From Dimorphilus gyrociliatus (lineage: Eukaryota; Animalia; Annelida), in the NCBI GenBank assembly GCA_904063045.1, contig CAJFCJ010000009.1:1175842-1239841 (forward strand): 64,000 nucleotides of DNA. The letters are read 5' to 3'. Under the pieces are notes generated by a model. It saw nothing but the letters and a program-made list of their open reading frames with translations, made no database searches and had not been told where the DNA came from. This document shows positions 1 to 11,643 of the stretch, one piece after another. The translations under genes and the position numbers were made by a program. Position 1 is the first letter of the stretch. Every line of letters begins with the position of its first letter.

Positions 1-1
1 G

Positions 2-507
2 GGTCGGAAACATAAAAGATCTTTGAACGATATACCTGAAAATGTTACTCGACAAGTAATTCTTCATTTCATGGAGGTTTTCAATATTCGTGACTTTGGT
101 GGAATTTACACAGCTATCAATAGTTTGTATACAAAGACTTCCGAATATACAAATGTATTGAATGCTCTAGCAAGAACATTAGGTCTGGATGAAGATATTT
201 CCCCATTCCAGGTTGGTTTTCGACTTTAAAAGGAAAATTAGCATTATTTATAATATTCTTTTCTATTCTAAAGATAGTAGATTCTGTTGCTGATTTGGTT
301 GATATAGCAAATGATGCTGCTGCCAAGCGTGTATGCGATGCGCTTGGTGTCACAGATATTGAAGATGCAACAGCGAAGATACGAGAACAACAAGCGTTTC
401 TTCCAACTTTTAGGAATATCATTAAACAGCTCATTAGTATTTTAAGATTACAAACTATGGAGGAAATAGTACCAGCCGTTAGAGCCCTGAAACTCTTGGC
501 TTCTTGA
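2..507 (+). CDS. CEP70: Centrosomal protein CEP70, C-terminal part (gene starts upstream of window); exons ..211 and 274..507
   Basis: Joining the two ORFs over a 62-nt GT..AG intron (212-273) gives HFMEVFNIRDFGGIYTAINSLY...AFLPTFRNIIKQLISILRLQTMEEIVPAVRALKLLAS*. This resembles the CEP70 C-terminal helical region (recalled [34 protein letters not shown]). Confidence 0.8.
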
Positions 508-988
508 ACATCAAGTGACAAGAAACTCTTCACATATCAGGAAAAAACGAAAAATAGTTATAAAATACGGACAATATTATTTTTCACAAGGATTGTAGTT
601 TAAATAGAGATTGTAATTTACTTTATATTTACAATGCAGTTGAATAAAACGAAAGATGATATATCAATGCAAACTCTCCAAAAGTTTTATAGTAAGGTAT
701 AAATTAGTCAACAAATCGTGTTTCTAGCATGGTATGACATTTAGCTAAGCCTTTAATAGACACCTTCTATTATACTTTATTACATATCAGAACAAATTCA
801 CTTGCTTTTCTGGGCCAATAACTATATATACTAATATATACATAAAGGTATTTTCGCTTTTCGTAGGCTTATATAAAAATATATCGTAGGCTTGATAAAT
901 TGTAAATGGGATCGGTGCTCCGCTTTTTACGTGAAAAAAAATCCTTTTCAGGTGAACCACTCTAAACCGGTGATGCCCTCTTCACCGT

Positions 989-1017
989 CGCCATTTTGTC
1001 ACTGACCAGCGGTAAGC
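989..1017 (+). promoter_or_regulatory. YY1-like motif (CGCCATTTTG) and probable non-coding first-exon donor (G|GTAAGC at 1012) of the trihelix gene
   Basis: GC-richer island in AT-rich DNA with motif at 989-998. A strong donor follows, and a matching acceptor (ttcatag, 1571) lies just upstream of the ATG at 1596. Confidence 0.45.
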
Positions 1018-1595
1018 TGTAATTTTAATTTACTGAATTTTCTTATCGGGTTAACTTTTTTTGAGAAATAATGATTTTTCTATAAATCAATCACTTATAC
1101 TCGGTAACTTTTTTTCGTTTTTATCATGGGATATTGTCTAGTAATACCTTAAAGATCTATTAGTGATTCAGAAAGAATCTATTTTTAATCTAAAAAAGCA
1201 TTGTCTAAATATATAATGGAAAATGAAAGAATCGTTTAGGACATCGTGATCTTTATTTATCTTTCTAGGTTATTAGTGGAGAAAAGTCATTTTAATTTAT
1301 TACTTTACGCATGTAACAATTGAAAAACATTATTTTAAATAAGCATCATTTAAATGGAACTATAATGTTTTATAACCCGGGTTTTGAACAGCGAGATCCT
1401 ATATCAAAGGTCTCTTTAAATCCTATAAAATCTTTTTTTTTACTAAATACAATGCTAATTTAATGTTTTAGCTATCTATATAACCTGGTTATTTTAATTT
1501 GCAGTTATACGTTTACCTTTTTATTTTCGAAAAAATAAAAATATCTAATTTTTTATATATCATATTCATAGCTGGATCTCGGTGAAGAAAGAAAT

Positions 1596-2843
1596 ATGAA
1601 CGTTGAGATACAACAAGTCGATGAACAAGAATTGGAAATTGTTGGTTTGTATAATAATATTTTTATTAGCAACTGTAAGTTGTGAATCTTAATCTTGAGT
1701 AGATATTTCAGAACATAATCTTGATGAGAAGAGGCTAAGCGAAGATTCATCGGGAGTCAGTAAATCATGGCCTCATGCTGCTATTTTGTGTTTATTGGAA
1801 AATTATAAAAAATTTAAAAATGCCGTCTTTTCAACTGATGATGAATCAAAACCAGCTAGGTGAGCTGTTAATCTTCTTGAACTCTGAAAAAGATGAGACA
1901 AATTCACATCTTATCAATGTTTTATACAGGCAATTTAAGCGAAAAATTTGGGAGTTGGTCTCAAATGAATTACGTGTTAAAGGCTTTAGCATGAGTGCTG
2001 AGGAATCGAATCAAAAATTTAGAAACCTAAAGAGAACTTTCCGAACACTAGAAGATGGTAAAAAGGGTAGAGATTCCATTGTTAGATGGAAATATTACGA
2101 TCTAATGGAGGATATTTTGAGAGACGACGAGAATACTGATGAATCATTAATTATTGTAACAAAAGAAGATCATCCACCTTCTTATAGTAAGATCTATTAT
2201 TTTATTAATACATTCAGATCTTTACTTTATTTTCATAGAATGGACAGATGATTCTATTCACACACTCATGAAATTATATAAAGAACTTCGAGATGAGTTC
2301 TTATCTACAAACACTAAAAGAAGGGTCTGGGAAAAATTAGCCAGAAGCATGCAAGAATCCGGATTTATAGTTGGCGCTGATGAATGTGATCAGAAGTTCA
2401 GAAACTTAAAGAGAACATTTCGGGTTTGCCTCTATAATAAATTGGGAAAAGAATCGATTACTTGGCCATTCTTTAATATGTTTTGGGAATTATTTAATCA
2501 CGAATATAGCGTCATAACAGTAGACGAACAGGGTAGAACAATATCAACTGACAACAAAATAGAGATTACAAATATGGTAAAAGTGAAGGATGAAGTGAGA
2601 AAGAGACCTGTACCAACAGAAACAGGAGCCAGCTCTAAAAAAGTAAGAGTTGAAGAATTACCCGTTGAGACAGCACCTTCTGAAACATTAGAGTGGGAAG
2701 AATTCGTAAAAAAAGATATCGAATTCAAGAAATCAGTCAAATATTCTCTCGAATTATTACATGAATTAATGAAAGAGCAACATTTAGAACAAAAAAAGTG
2801 TTCAGAACTATTGGCCAAATTGTGTCAAAAATTTGGCGATTGA
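1596..2843 (+). CDS. Tandem Myb/SANT-like (trihelix/MADF-type) DNA-binding protein; exons 1596-1644, 1712-1859, 1930-2186, 2239-2843
   Basis: In-frame splicing gives two domains, WPHAAILCLLENY..KRKIWELVSNEL..EESNQKFRNLKRTFR and WTDDSIHTLMKLY..RRVWEKLARSM..DECDQKFRNLKRTFR, plus a C-terminal coiled coil. All introns are GT-AG, 52-70 nt. Confidence 0.8.
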
Positions 2844-3060
2844 CAAACTTGTTTAAGATATTCAGAAGTTCAATTCTGTTTATTTTCTCTTGTAATTAAG
2901 TTAACGAATATTTAAATAGTTTCCTTTGTAGAGTGATTGTAAATATATGAATTATTCAAGTATTAATAAATTCGAATAGTATGTTGGAACTAAATACCAT
3001 AATTAGAAATTATTTTAAATTTATTGTTATAACTTATGTAACAAAACAATGGTTGAAGCT

Positions 3061-5515
3061 TTAGCCCAATTTCAAAGCAGCAATATCTCTAGCTTTAACA
3101 TCCTTTCTTAACCTTAATATCCTTCTGACGTCATTTGGCGATAATCGCCAAGTAAATGAAGATGATGCGCCACAATAATCCTTCAGTTCATCAACATTTT
3201 CAACGCTTAATACGAGAGCCATTTGTTGAATCCTGGCAAACTTATCTCTCACCGTCCAAGAAGTTAAAGATGTTATATAAGTGAGAAGAGTTCGTAAATC
3301 ACGTTCTAGTTGCATACCTCCGAGTCTGTTGTAAAAAAGAAAAAGTAGACAAATTAAATATTTATAGAAATATTCTCACATACTGTATAATAAAAAGGTA
3401 GTAATTCTTAAATAGATAATTAGATATTTTACAACGAAAGTTTTCACTCTTAATTACACAAGATTGAAGTTTTTTCATTCTACAAACCTGTTGAATGTTC
3501 TACTTAATATGGCTTTCTCTAGTCTGATACTAAACTCATGTGCTGATTGATTAATTAGAGTATCAAAATTCTCGGTAGAGAGATCCTCCTGCAAAGATTT
3601 AAAAGCCATATCCATTGTAGCTATAGCTTGAAACGTCCAAGGATCGTCCACTTCGTAGCAATCCAAATCTTGTTCATTTAAAACATGACTGACATTTGAA
3701 AAAAAGTCAATTGCCGCGACTATTTTTGCCTTTACAACATTCAAGTGCAGCTTGGCACAAAATTCATTTTGTAAAGAGGTAAAGTTTGACATAGAACTAT
3801 TTAATTCACAAACAACAGCTGTCAATTTTGCAGATTCCTTAACCGTTCTATCATCTTCGAACTTCGATTTTAACTTTTTAACATTTTCTATTGCCCTTTG
3901 GGTATTATTTGCGTATAAAGCTAAAACTTGTTTATCCACCGAAGACAATTTAATCTGAGCAAAAAGAAAAGGTTAAATTATATATATTTGTTTACAAGAT
4001 AAGATGACGAGAAAAAGTTATTATTACCTTTAAATTTTCTAATAAATTACTTTCCAGTAAAGTTACGGCATTGTTAATAACTGCACAGGCAGCTTGAACA
4101 CTTGCTGTACTTAAAGACCTAGTGATACACTTTTCCAGTACATAGAATATATCATCTACAAATGAAGAAACTGTTGCTGTATTTAAAGAAAATGTACCAT
4201 CCATTTGTTTAGCCTTAAAAACGCTTTCTGTCATCCATCTCTCTTCCAAAGCAACGTATGACGATATCAAATCATGTATTCTCCTCGATAATTTGCTTTC
4301 GGGCATATCGGGAGCTCTTCTTTGTATGAATCTTGCGTATAAATGGGCTCTATATGATAACGATGATATTTCTGCCAAAACAGGATCAATTTGTCTGGCA
4401 TCGTCTAAATCGTTTAACTTCCGTTCATTTTCAAATGAGGTTAAAAGTGTCAAAGCGTGTTTATCGCATTCAGCTTGGACATGTAATAGAGCATCCTTTA
4501 AACGGTCAGAACCATAATATGCATTGACTAATGGTTCTAGAGTATTCACTAACCCTGCAGCTTCTTCTAGTAGTATATTAATAGAATCAGCAAATTTAAC
4601 ATGATATCTAACGTTATTGTCCAAAGCAGCTTTAACGTCTGCATCCATAATCTTCGATAAACGATTACTAAGGTTGAATTTCACATTTTTGAAATAAAAA
4701 TTTTTATATAAACTTAAAAGGAAAACGCTGAGTTTAAAAGATCAAACTTTGAATCTATAGCTATATAAAGAAAAATTGTGATATTCAACCTTATATGAGT
4801 GCAGTATGTAGCTAAACCAGTGTCGTGTTCGCCTAATTGTGGGAAAAGTTTGAAAAACCTTTCAACTGTTGCTGTGTCTTCATTTCTTGCAGCTGAGTTC
4901 AATCGATCTTTAACAACACTCTTAAGTTTTTCATGAGCTTCGTGTAAAACTTTTAGAGAAGCTTCTAAAGCACTACTAGTATCCATTTTTCTCAAAACCG
5001 CTTCATCTAGAGCTAAGAATCTTTTTATATGTGAGGCTGCGAGCTCGTAGTCTTCTTCATTGAGAGCATCCTTTACCCCATCCGCACACAATTTTAAGTC
5101 GAGAATATCGTCTACTCTACGAAGACAGGCGCTTATTCTGCTTCCCGCCTCATCAATTTTTCTTACTTTGCAACTAACTCCGTCTGCCAGAGTTGCTGTA
5201 GAACGAAGCTCCTTAGCCAAGTAATAGGCGTCTGACTTGACAGTATTAAGAGAACTAGTATCAAATTCTGGTATTCTTTGTTTACATAGCTCATTGATCG
5301 AATTCTGAATTTTAGTCTGAAATAAAAAAACCGGTGAGATGTTCAGTTTAAAAGTAAACGATAAATATTGTTTGATATTGTAATAGCTGTTAAAAATTGA
5401 ATATGGAATTTTATCATACTTCTTCTACACATAGTTTGTCATAAGCTTCTTGTAACTGCTCTAATGTTTGTAAACTGTCGATGTTTAAAACATTTGTCGA
5501 GCTGGCATCCGCCAT
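3061..5515 (-). CDS. COG4: Conserved oligomeric Golgi complex subunit 4
   Basis: Start MADASSTNVLN at 5515 (exon 5420-5515). Motifs CADGVKDALNEEDYELAASHIKRFL, SSFVDDIFYVLEKCITRS and C-terminal SWTVRDKFARIQQMALVL...TWRLSPNDVRRILRLRKD are typical of COG4. Confidence 0.93.
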
Positions 5516-5625
5516 GTTTGTTTACAACAGCTTTTCCGGTCAGGTTCGTGATCCTTAAAAGACATTTGATTCTGAAAAACGCTTCCGAGCACTATCCCTA
5601 CTTTTTAGAATTAAATCGCCAGTTT

Positions 5626-6241
5626 ATGAAAAGAACAAGAATGCCTAAAATTAAATTAGTGGCACATAGACGTTTTATGCAATATTCAAAGTTATCCGTT
5701 ACAGAAAAGATAAAGAGAAGAATGGAAATCGAAAGACTTTTTTCAGATTGGAAAAAGGCTAAAAATGAAAAAGGATGGCCGAAATGTTCGAAAAAGAAGG
5801 ATACTTTTGAAACTAATGAAACTTATGTTGAACATGAAAAAAGTTACGATATATTTGAGAGTGATACTTCTACCACAAAATCTGTCTTATTCAAAACTAA
5901 TGATGAAAATGAATGCTCAACTGACAATGACGGAATGATTTTCGATAAAAATACGTTTCAAACTTTGGTAAAAGATGTTGCCTTAGAAAACCGGAGAGGT
6001 TTAAAAATTACAAAGGTTGCATTATCTCTAATTCAGGTATAATGTTATATAATCTGCTTAGATTCATTGATATTTATAAAAAAAATTAAATTAATTCCAG
6101 CAAAGCTGCGAAGATTACCTTGTTGATATATTTAGGGATTGCGGTAATTCTTCACTAATGAGAAATAATCAAGCTATAGACCTTAAGGATTTTTACATGG
6201 CATTAAAGATGAGATTTAGTTTTTCAAAAAATTTCCAATAG
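5626..6241 (+). CDS. Highly divergent histone H3-fold protein (183 aa); exons 5626-6036 and 6101-6241
   Basis: A 64-nt GT-AG intron joins MIFDKNTFQTLVKDVALENRRGLKITKVALSLIQ to QSCEDYLVDIFRDCGNSSLMRNNQAIDLKDFYMALKMR. This aligns without gaps to the H3 histone fold (LLIRKLPFQRLVREIAQ...LQEACEAYLVGLFEDT...IMPKDIQLARRIR). AATAAA at 6340. Confidence 0.8.
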
Positions 6242-6627
6242 TAACATTTCTGCCTATAATTTCAAATAATCTTGAAATTTAATTTTTATGAAGTTTCGTT
6301 TTATTGTAGTTGTTTCAAATTTTTGCTCTTTAAAATATAAATAAACTTGTATATCTAGAAAAACTGTTCATATTTGGGTAATTCTGATAACCTTCTTCAA
6401 TATTTTAAAGAATGCACTTTACATGACAGAAATATCTTATTTTCGACAAAGCATTTTCTCTTAAAAAAAGAGAACTTTTTCATGAATGCAGCAAATTCAC
6501 AAACTTATAGATATAAAATCTGTTAGGCATCTATATATTAACGACTTAATTTGTAAATATTAACAGTCACATTTATTTATATATACTGTATATATCTTTA
6601 AAGAAAATGGTAAGCAACACAAAAGAA

Positions 6628-8704
6628 TTAGTATAGGGGAAGAGATTGATCAACACTTTTCTGCCAAGCGTACAATCCTCCTCTGATATCTTGGAAGCAG
6701 ATTCCCAACGACGTTAACTTTTCCTGAAAGAATTTGACGGCGATTTGGGAATCATTGCCTTTTCGACAAACCACAAAAACTGTATAAAAAAGCTTAGATT
6801 TATATCTTGGTTATACTGTATATCAGCTAAAAGTAATACCTTTATTGATATTATTGTCTTTTATTGTGTTCTCGATGCATTTTAGTTGGTCTTCCTTTTC
6901 TATACTTCCGATGGGAATATCTTGATAAGAAAGATAGAATATTTTATATAAGGGTCAAATATACATTAATTATATCATAATTACTTAAACATTCTCCTAA
7001 ATCGCATATCTCCAATTCAACTGGCGACCTTACATCAATTAATAAATGTTTTTCTTTACTCTTCAATATCTCTGAAAACTCCTGTACAGAGACTAAGTTT
7101 AAGATTATTGTGCAAAAAATGATAATGAAACCTTACTTTTGCTGAAATTCTTTGACTTTGTTCCAAAATAGTCAAATTTTTGCCCTGAAGTGTATAAAAA
7201 GTTTTATTTATAAAGTAATAATAAAAATATGATTATTAAAATCTTTTTAACCTTATCATCTGCTTTTGCCCCACAAAATTGCTCATAGTCAATTAACTCT
7301 TTTATCGAAGGATCATCCCCACAAACAGCGCAATTTTTTTGCCTTGGTCTCAAGCCAATATTTCTAAAAGACCCTGCGAGACCATCAAAAAGAAGCAGTC
7401 TCTGCTTAAAGGTATCTGTAATATATTACGATATAGTATACTATACAATCATTTCAATTCCAGATAGAATTTACCAGGTAACCCAATAGCAATTTTTATT
7501 ACTTCTAATGCTTGTAATGAACCAATTATTCCAGGCACTTTTGGGAGTAAAATAAATTGCTTTATTATATAGTTGTTAAATAGGAAGTACTTTGAATATT
7601 TTTATGAGATTTACCTACTCCCAAGACTCCTCCGTCTGAGCAATTGGTCACCGTCTCCGGTGGTGGAGGTTTAGGGAAGAGACATCTAAAGCATGGTCCA
7701 TTTTGGTAATTATACACAGTTAACTGCAATATTAGAGTATATTTTTATGAAAGCAATTATAGAGTGAATATAAATAACCTGGCCTTCAAATTTTAAAGCA
7801 CTTCCAGAGACTAGAGGCTTCTGACATAAAACAGCAGCGTCATTCAATAAATATCTTGTTGCTACATTATCAGTAGCATCTACAATTATATCATATTGAT
7901 TTATCAATTCTAGGGCATTTTTACTGCTTAAAACCGTATGATACGGAATACATTTAACTGACGAGTTCAAGCTGTTAAAAACATCGTAAGATTAATAGGC
8001 TATCTGTTTAAATTTAAAAATAGTTATTTTACTTAGAACACGATGCAGCTACAGAGGCAGATTTCTTTAGACCGGTTCTCGATTCAGTATGTAAAATTTG
8101 ACGGTGTAGATTACTTAATTCAATTTCATCATAGTCAACAACACCAATAGTTCCTTTAGAAAATTTGAAATTATCACTTTAGATTTACATACATATATTA
8201 CTCTTTACCAATTCCTGCAGCAGCTAAATAAATTGCTGAAGGACATCCTAAACCCCCTGCTCCAACGATTAGTACACTTGTGTTTGAAAGTCGAAGTTGA
8301 CCTGATATAATACAATAACTGAGTCATCTGACAATACATAAATAAAACAATTATTGGCAAAGAAATATAAAAACACATGGAAACTTTATCACTATTAAAC
8401 CTAAAATTATTACCTTTTACCCCAATCTCTGGTAGAATTAATTGCCTGCTATATCTTAATATGTTTTCATTGTTTAGATTGCTTATTGCCTCCTTGTTTA
8501 GCGAATAATCTAGAGACTGAACTTTGGGTAATTTTTCCTAGCGATAATAGGATAAAAGTTAGAATTTTTTGTTATATCTATCTATTTCCTTACGTCTCCA
8601 TTAAGAGAGTTATTCAATTGATTTATAAGGTCATTTTTATCCTTTAGTTCTTTTTTGAGCTTTTCAATCTCATTTATATAGCTTAATTTTTCATGAGAAT
8701 TCAT
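6628..8704 (-). CDS. MOCS3: Adenylyltransferase and sulfurtransferase MOCS3/Uba4 (multi-exon)
   Basis: ThiF/MoeB domain ([55 protein letters not shown]) and C-terminal rhodanese domain ([10 protein letters not shown]..., [17 protein letters not shown]). Confidence 0.95.
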
Positions 8705-9417
8705 ATTTTCATTAAAAAAAGACTATGCAAAGCGAAAATTGTTCGCTCAAGAATACATATTCAATATGTTCATCGTCTTTATATTTCTCATGATATAGGC
8801 TTTATTGAACCACGTTGTCTTACCTACTTTCCGTTAATAAGGTCTTAGAATATAGGTTACTCTAAAATATGGTCGATATTAATATGAATGTTGCATAAAG
8901 TATAGAGAAGTAACTTTAGAAATAAATAAGCTTTTCCTATTGTTTCGTGGACGTCGTTTCAAAAACTTTAAAATATAAAAATTAATATAGCAGCCCAAAT
9001 AGAGCCAGTAAAATCTATCGAGATTCTCTAAAAGGATAACATGGTTCAGTATTCTGATAAGAACATGAACCCACATTAGTTTGCAGTAAATGGAATGATT
9101 ACAATTTTTTTAATTATTATCTCGTGCGGGTTAAACAATTATCAAAGATTTAGATATCAAACCATCATCAATATTAATAAATTATAATTTTATCAATTTT
9201 ATTCGTAAAATAGAAAATATCAAGTAAAGTCACACAAAAAGATAACGTCAAAAATTCTAAAAAAAAAAAAACTATATTCTTCTCAATATGAAAGTGTTCT
9301 GTCGGGCTATAAGCAATAATTACTCAAATACTTCAAAGGCAATCAGTAATATTCTTTCATTATCTCTGTTTTGGAGGTTATTTTTTGATAGATTTAATCT
9401 GAAAGCTAGGTATTCTG

Positions 9418-10634
9418 TCACGTAGACGCGATTCTTTTAGCCAAATTGATCCAATCGTCCCTTAGATAGTAACAACCTGACATTATTCTTTTTCCAGTGA
9501 AAGAGTTTCTACCGTGTAAAACTCTCCAGTTGTCTATCAATATGGTAGTTCCTGGACGTAATTTTATTTCAAAAATTGAACTTTCGTCTTCCATTATCTT
9601 TGATAGACACTTCAATGCCTTGTACCATGTTCCAATATCTTTGTCCGGTATATTGAGAATTGTAGATCGATCGTAGTGGTTGTATCTTACACCTTCTAGT
9701 TGGCCGTAGCAGTCTGTTGACAGGATGGAATGTTCAGCGTATAATTCATTGCCATGATCGCCGGTATAGACGTGCGGTACTCTATACTTGAGAAGAATAT
9801 CAAAATAGTCCGGATTCTGCTTACGCAGCTCTTCAGCAGCTCTAAATCCATCTGCTAAGAGTGTCTCACCACCCTCTCCTTCGTGATGGAGGCAATGAAA
9901 AATTTGAATGCCCATCGGGTTAACATAATAACTAGTGTCGGTATGAACTCCCAACTTCAGACTTGTATAAGCTGTATCAGCCCTATGTTGGTCTGACGTA
10001 AAGGTCCAAAAGCCACCAAAAATTGTATTCTGAATAGGAACAATTGACTCGCAAAGTTTTTCAGTATCTATCAAAAAAAAAATAATGAATAAGTTCAATT
10101 TTAAACAAATCCACAGTTATAAAAACCTTCAGGAGTTGTGGGTACATTTTCCACTATTCCTAATCCATGGATTGATAAGGAATTCATTAAATTAGTTACG
10201 TCACCAGATATAATTTGATCATAGGTGCTACTGCCCAATTTATCTTTGGACATTGATGAGTCATCCCACAGTTGCTTTTCTGGTAATGTTTTAGGATAGG
10301 TCTTCTTGAATAAAGTATCCGTATCGTAGGAAGACTTATGTCCATCTCCCCAAGTAATATTTAGTTGTGTACCGTTTATATCCGCTTGAATTGCTCGTAT
10401 CTTGGACGGAATGATGGGAGGTATAATAATTTTTTGTTTCGTGTTATTGTTGAAACATTTGGGACAGTGGCAATTATCTCTAAGCCAAATATTATTAACC
10501 TCCTTTATTTTACCTTTGTATCTTAAATGAACAGATGAACTTGTAAAATCGACGATTCGTGTTGCAAACTTCCTGTATAGTAACACGTCTGGAGAAAAAT
10601 TTTTCAGGAGCTGTAGAGACTTAAAGAGAGCCAT
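9418..10634 (-). CDS. TMLHE: Trimethyllysine dioxygenase (carnitine biosynthesis), mitochondrial; one 59-nt intron (10068-10126)
   Basis: N-terminal WLRDNCHCPKC motif. Fe/2OG motif HTDTSYY..PMGIQIFHCLHHEGEGGETLLADGF matches TMLHE better than BBOX1. DNWRVLHGRNSFTGKRIMSGCY is present. Confidence 0.88.
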
Positions 10635-11643
10635 ACTTTGTATAATCTTGCTTTATTTTCTCTCGTACTCTTTATATGACCGCTATAGGTCAAATTCCAA
10701 AATTCAATGTATTATTTCAATAGCAAAGACACAGATGCATGAATTAGACTGTTAGGCCTATCTTTCAGAAGTATTTTTTTTGAAATTAGACAAATGTTAC
10801 GGTTAAACTATTTCCGATTTTATTATTATAAAATTATCCCAAAGAGAAAGATGAATGTCGAATAAATCTTGAATATATATTCATAAATCAGCCTTGTCAT
10901 CATTACTTGATATTTTGTCGTTTATGCAGGCGAAAGACATTACTTTTCACTTTCTTATATAGCTACAATAGTATATCATTTTTTTCGAAAAAGAAAACTA
11001 AGGTACTACTTGACATATTAATAAATTCTCTAATGATTATTATCTTATCGTTAAGTCTATGGTATTATCTTTACTTTCCCTTTAATCCTTCACAGTAGAG
11101 CTGATTATTTAAATATAATACATTGTAGAAGTGGCTGTTAATCAACTTAATTTTAGCCTATTGGTAAAAAAAAAAAGGAAATATACAATTGAAAATTCTT
11201 TGACCTCAAGTAATAAATCTTACTTTCGCTTTGTGTCCTTGTTTAAAGTGTGTTGTTTTTTTTATTCGACAATTATCAAAAGAAAGGATATTAGATAATT
11301 TACATATATGATACATCTATATACTTCTTCCTATTAAATCATATTTCAAGTTGTACGTTCTCAAAGAAATATTTACAATCCTTTATTGTTTTTTTTTTAA
11401 TAAAAAATAAAGCTGTTATATTTGTAACTATTCACGCTTTTAAGGTTCTATAAATAGCTTTTAGAAGCTATGGGGGGGGGGGAAGAAAGAATTAAAGTTT
11501 CTTTAGCTACATAACGCTTTTTTAAACAATGTTCTTTCAATCGATTGTTATTAGGAAATACGTAACGTCATTTAAGAATGATACTGATTATTTTCATTAA
11601 AGAATATCATTACGTTCTATTACTGTTTAAAAACTTTCAAAAC

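Noticed and set aside
117-533. 138-aa minus-strand ORF
   Set aside because: Antisense shadow of the CEP70 exons; it crosses the intron and has no recognisable motif.
940-1065. GC-richer stretch ending in a T-run, suggestive of a Pol III/snRNA gene
   Set aside because: No match to recalled U1-U6, 5S, 7SL or tRNA features; better explained as the promoter and non-coding first exon of the trihelix gene.
5464-5625. N-terminal extension of ORF 5464..6042
   Set aside because: It overlaps the COG4 start codon and the shared promoter; ATG 5626 is the plausible start.
8879-9076. 65-aa minus-strand ORF between TMLHE and MOCS3
   Set aside because: GTG start, low-complexity AT-driven composition, no supporting splice structure or homology.
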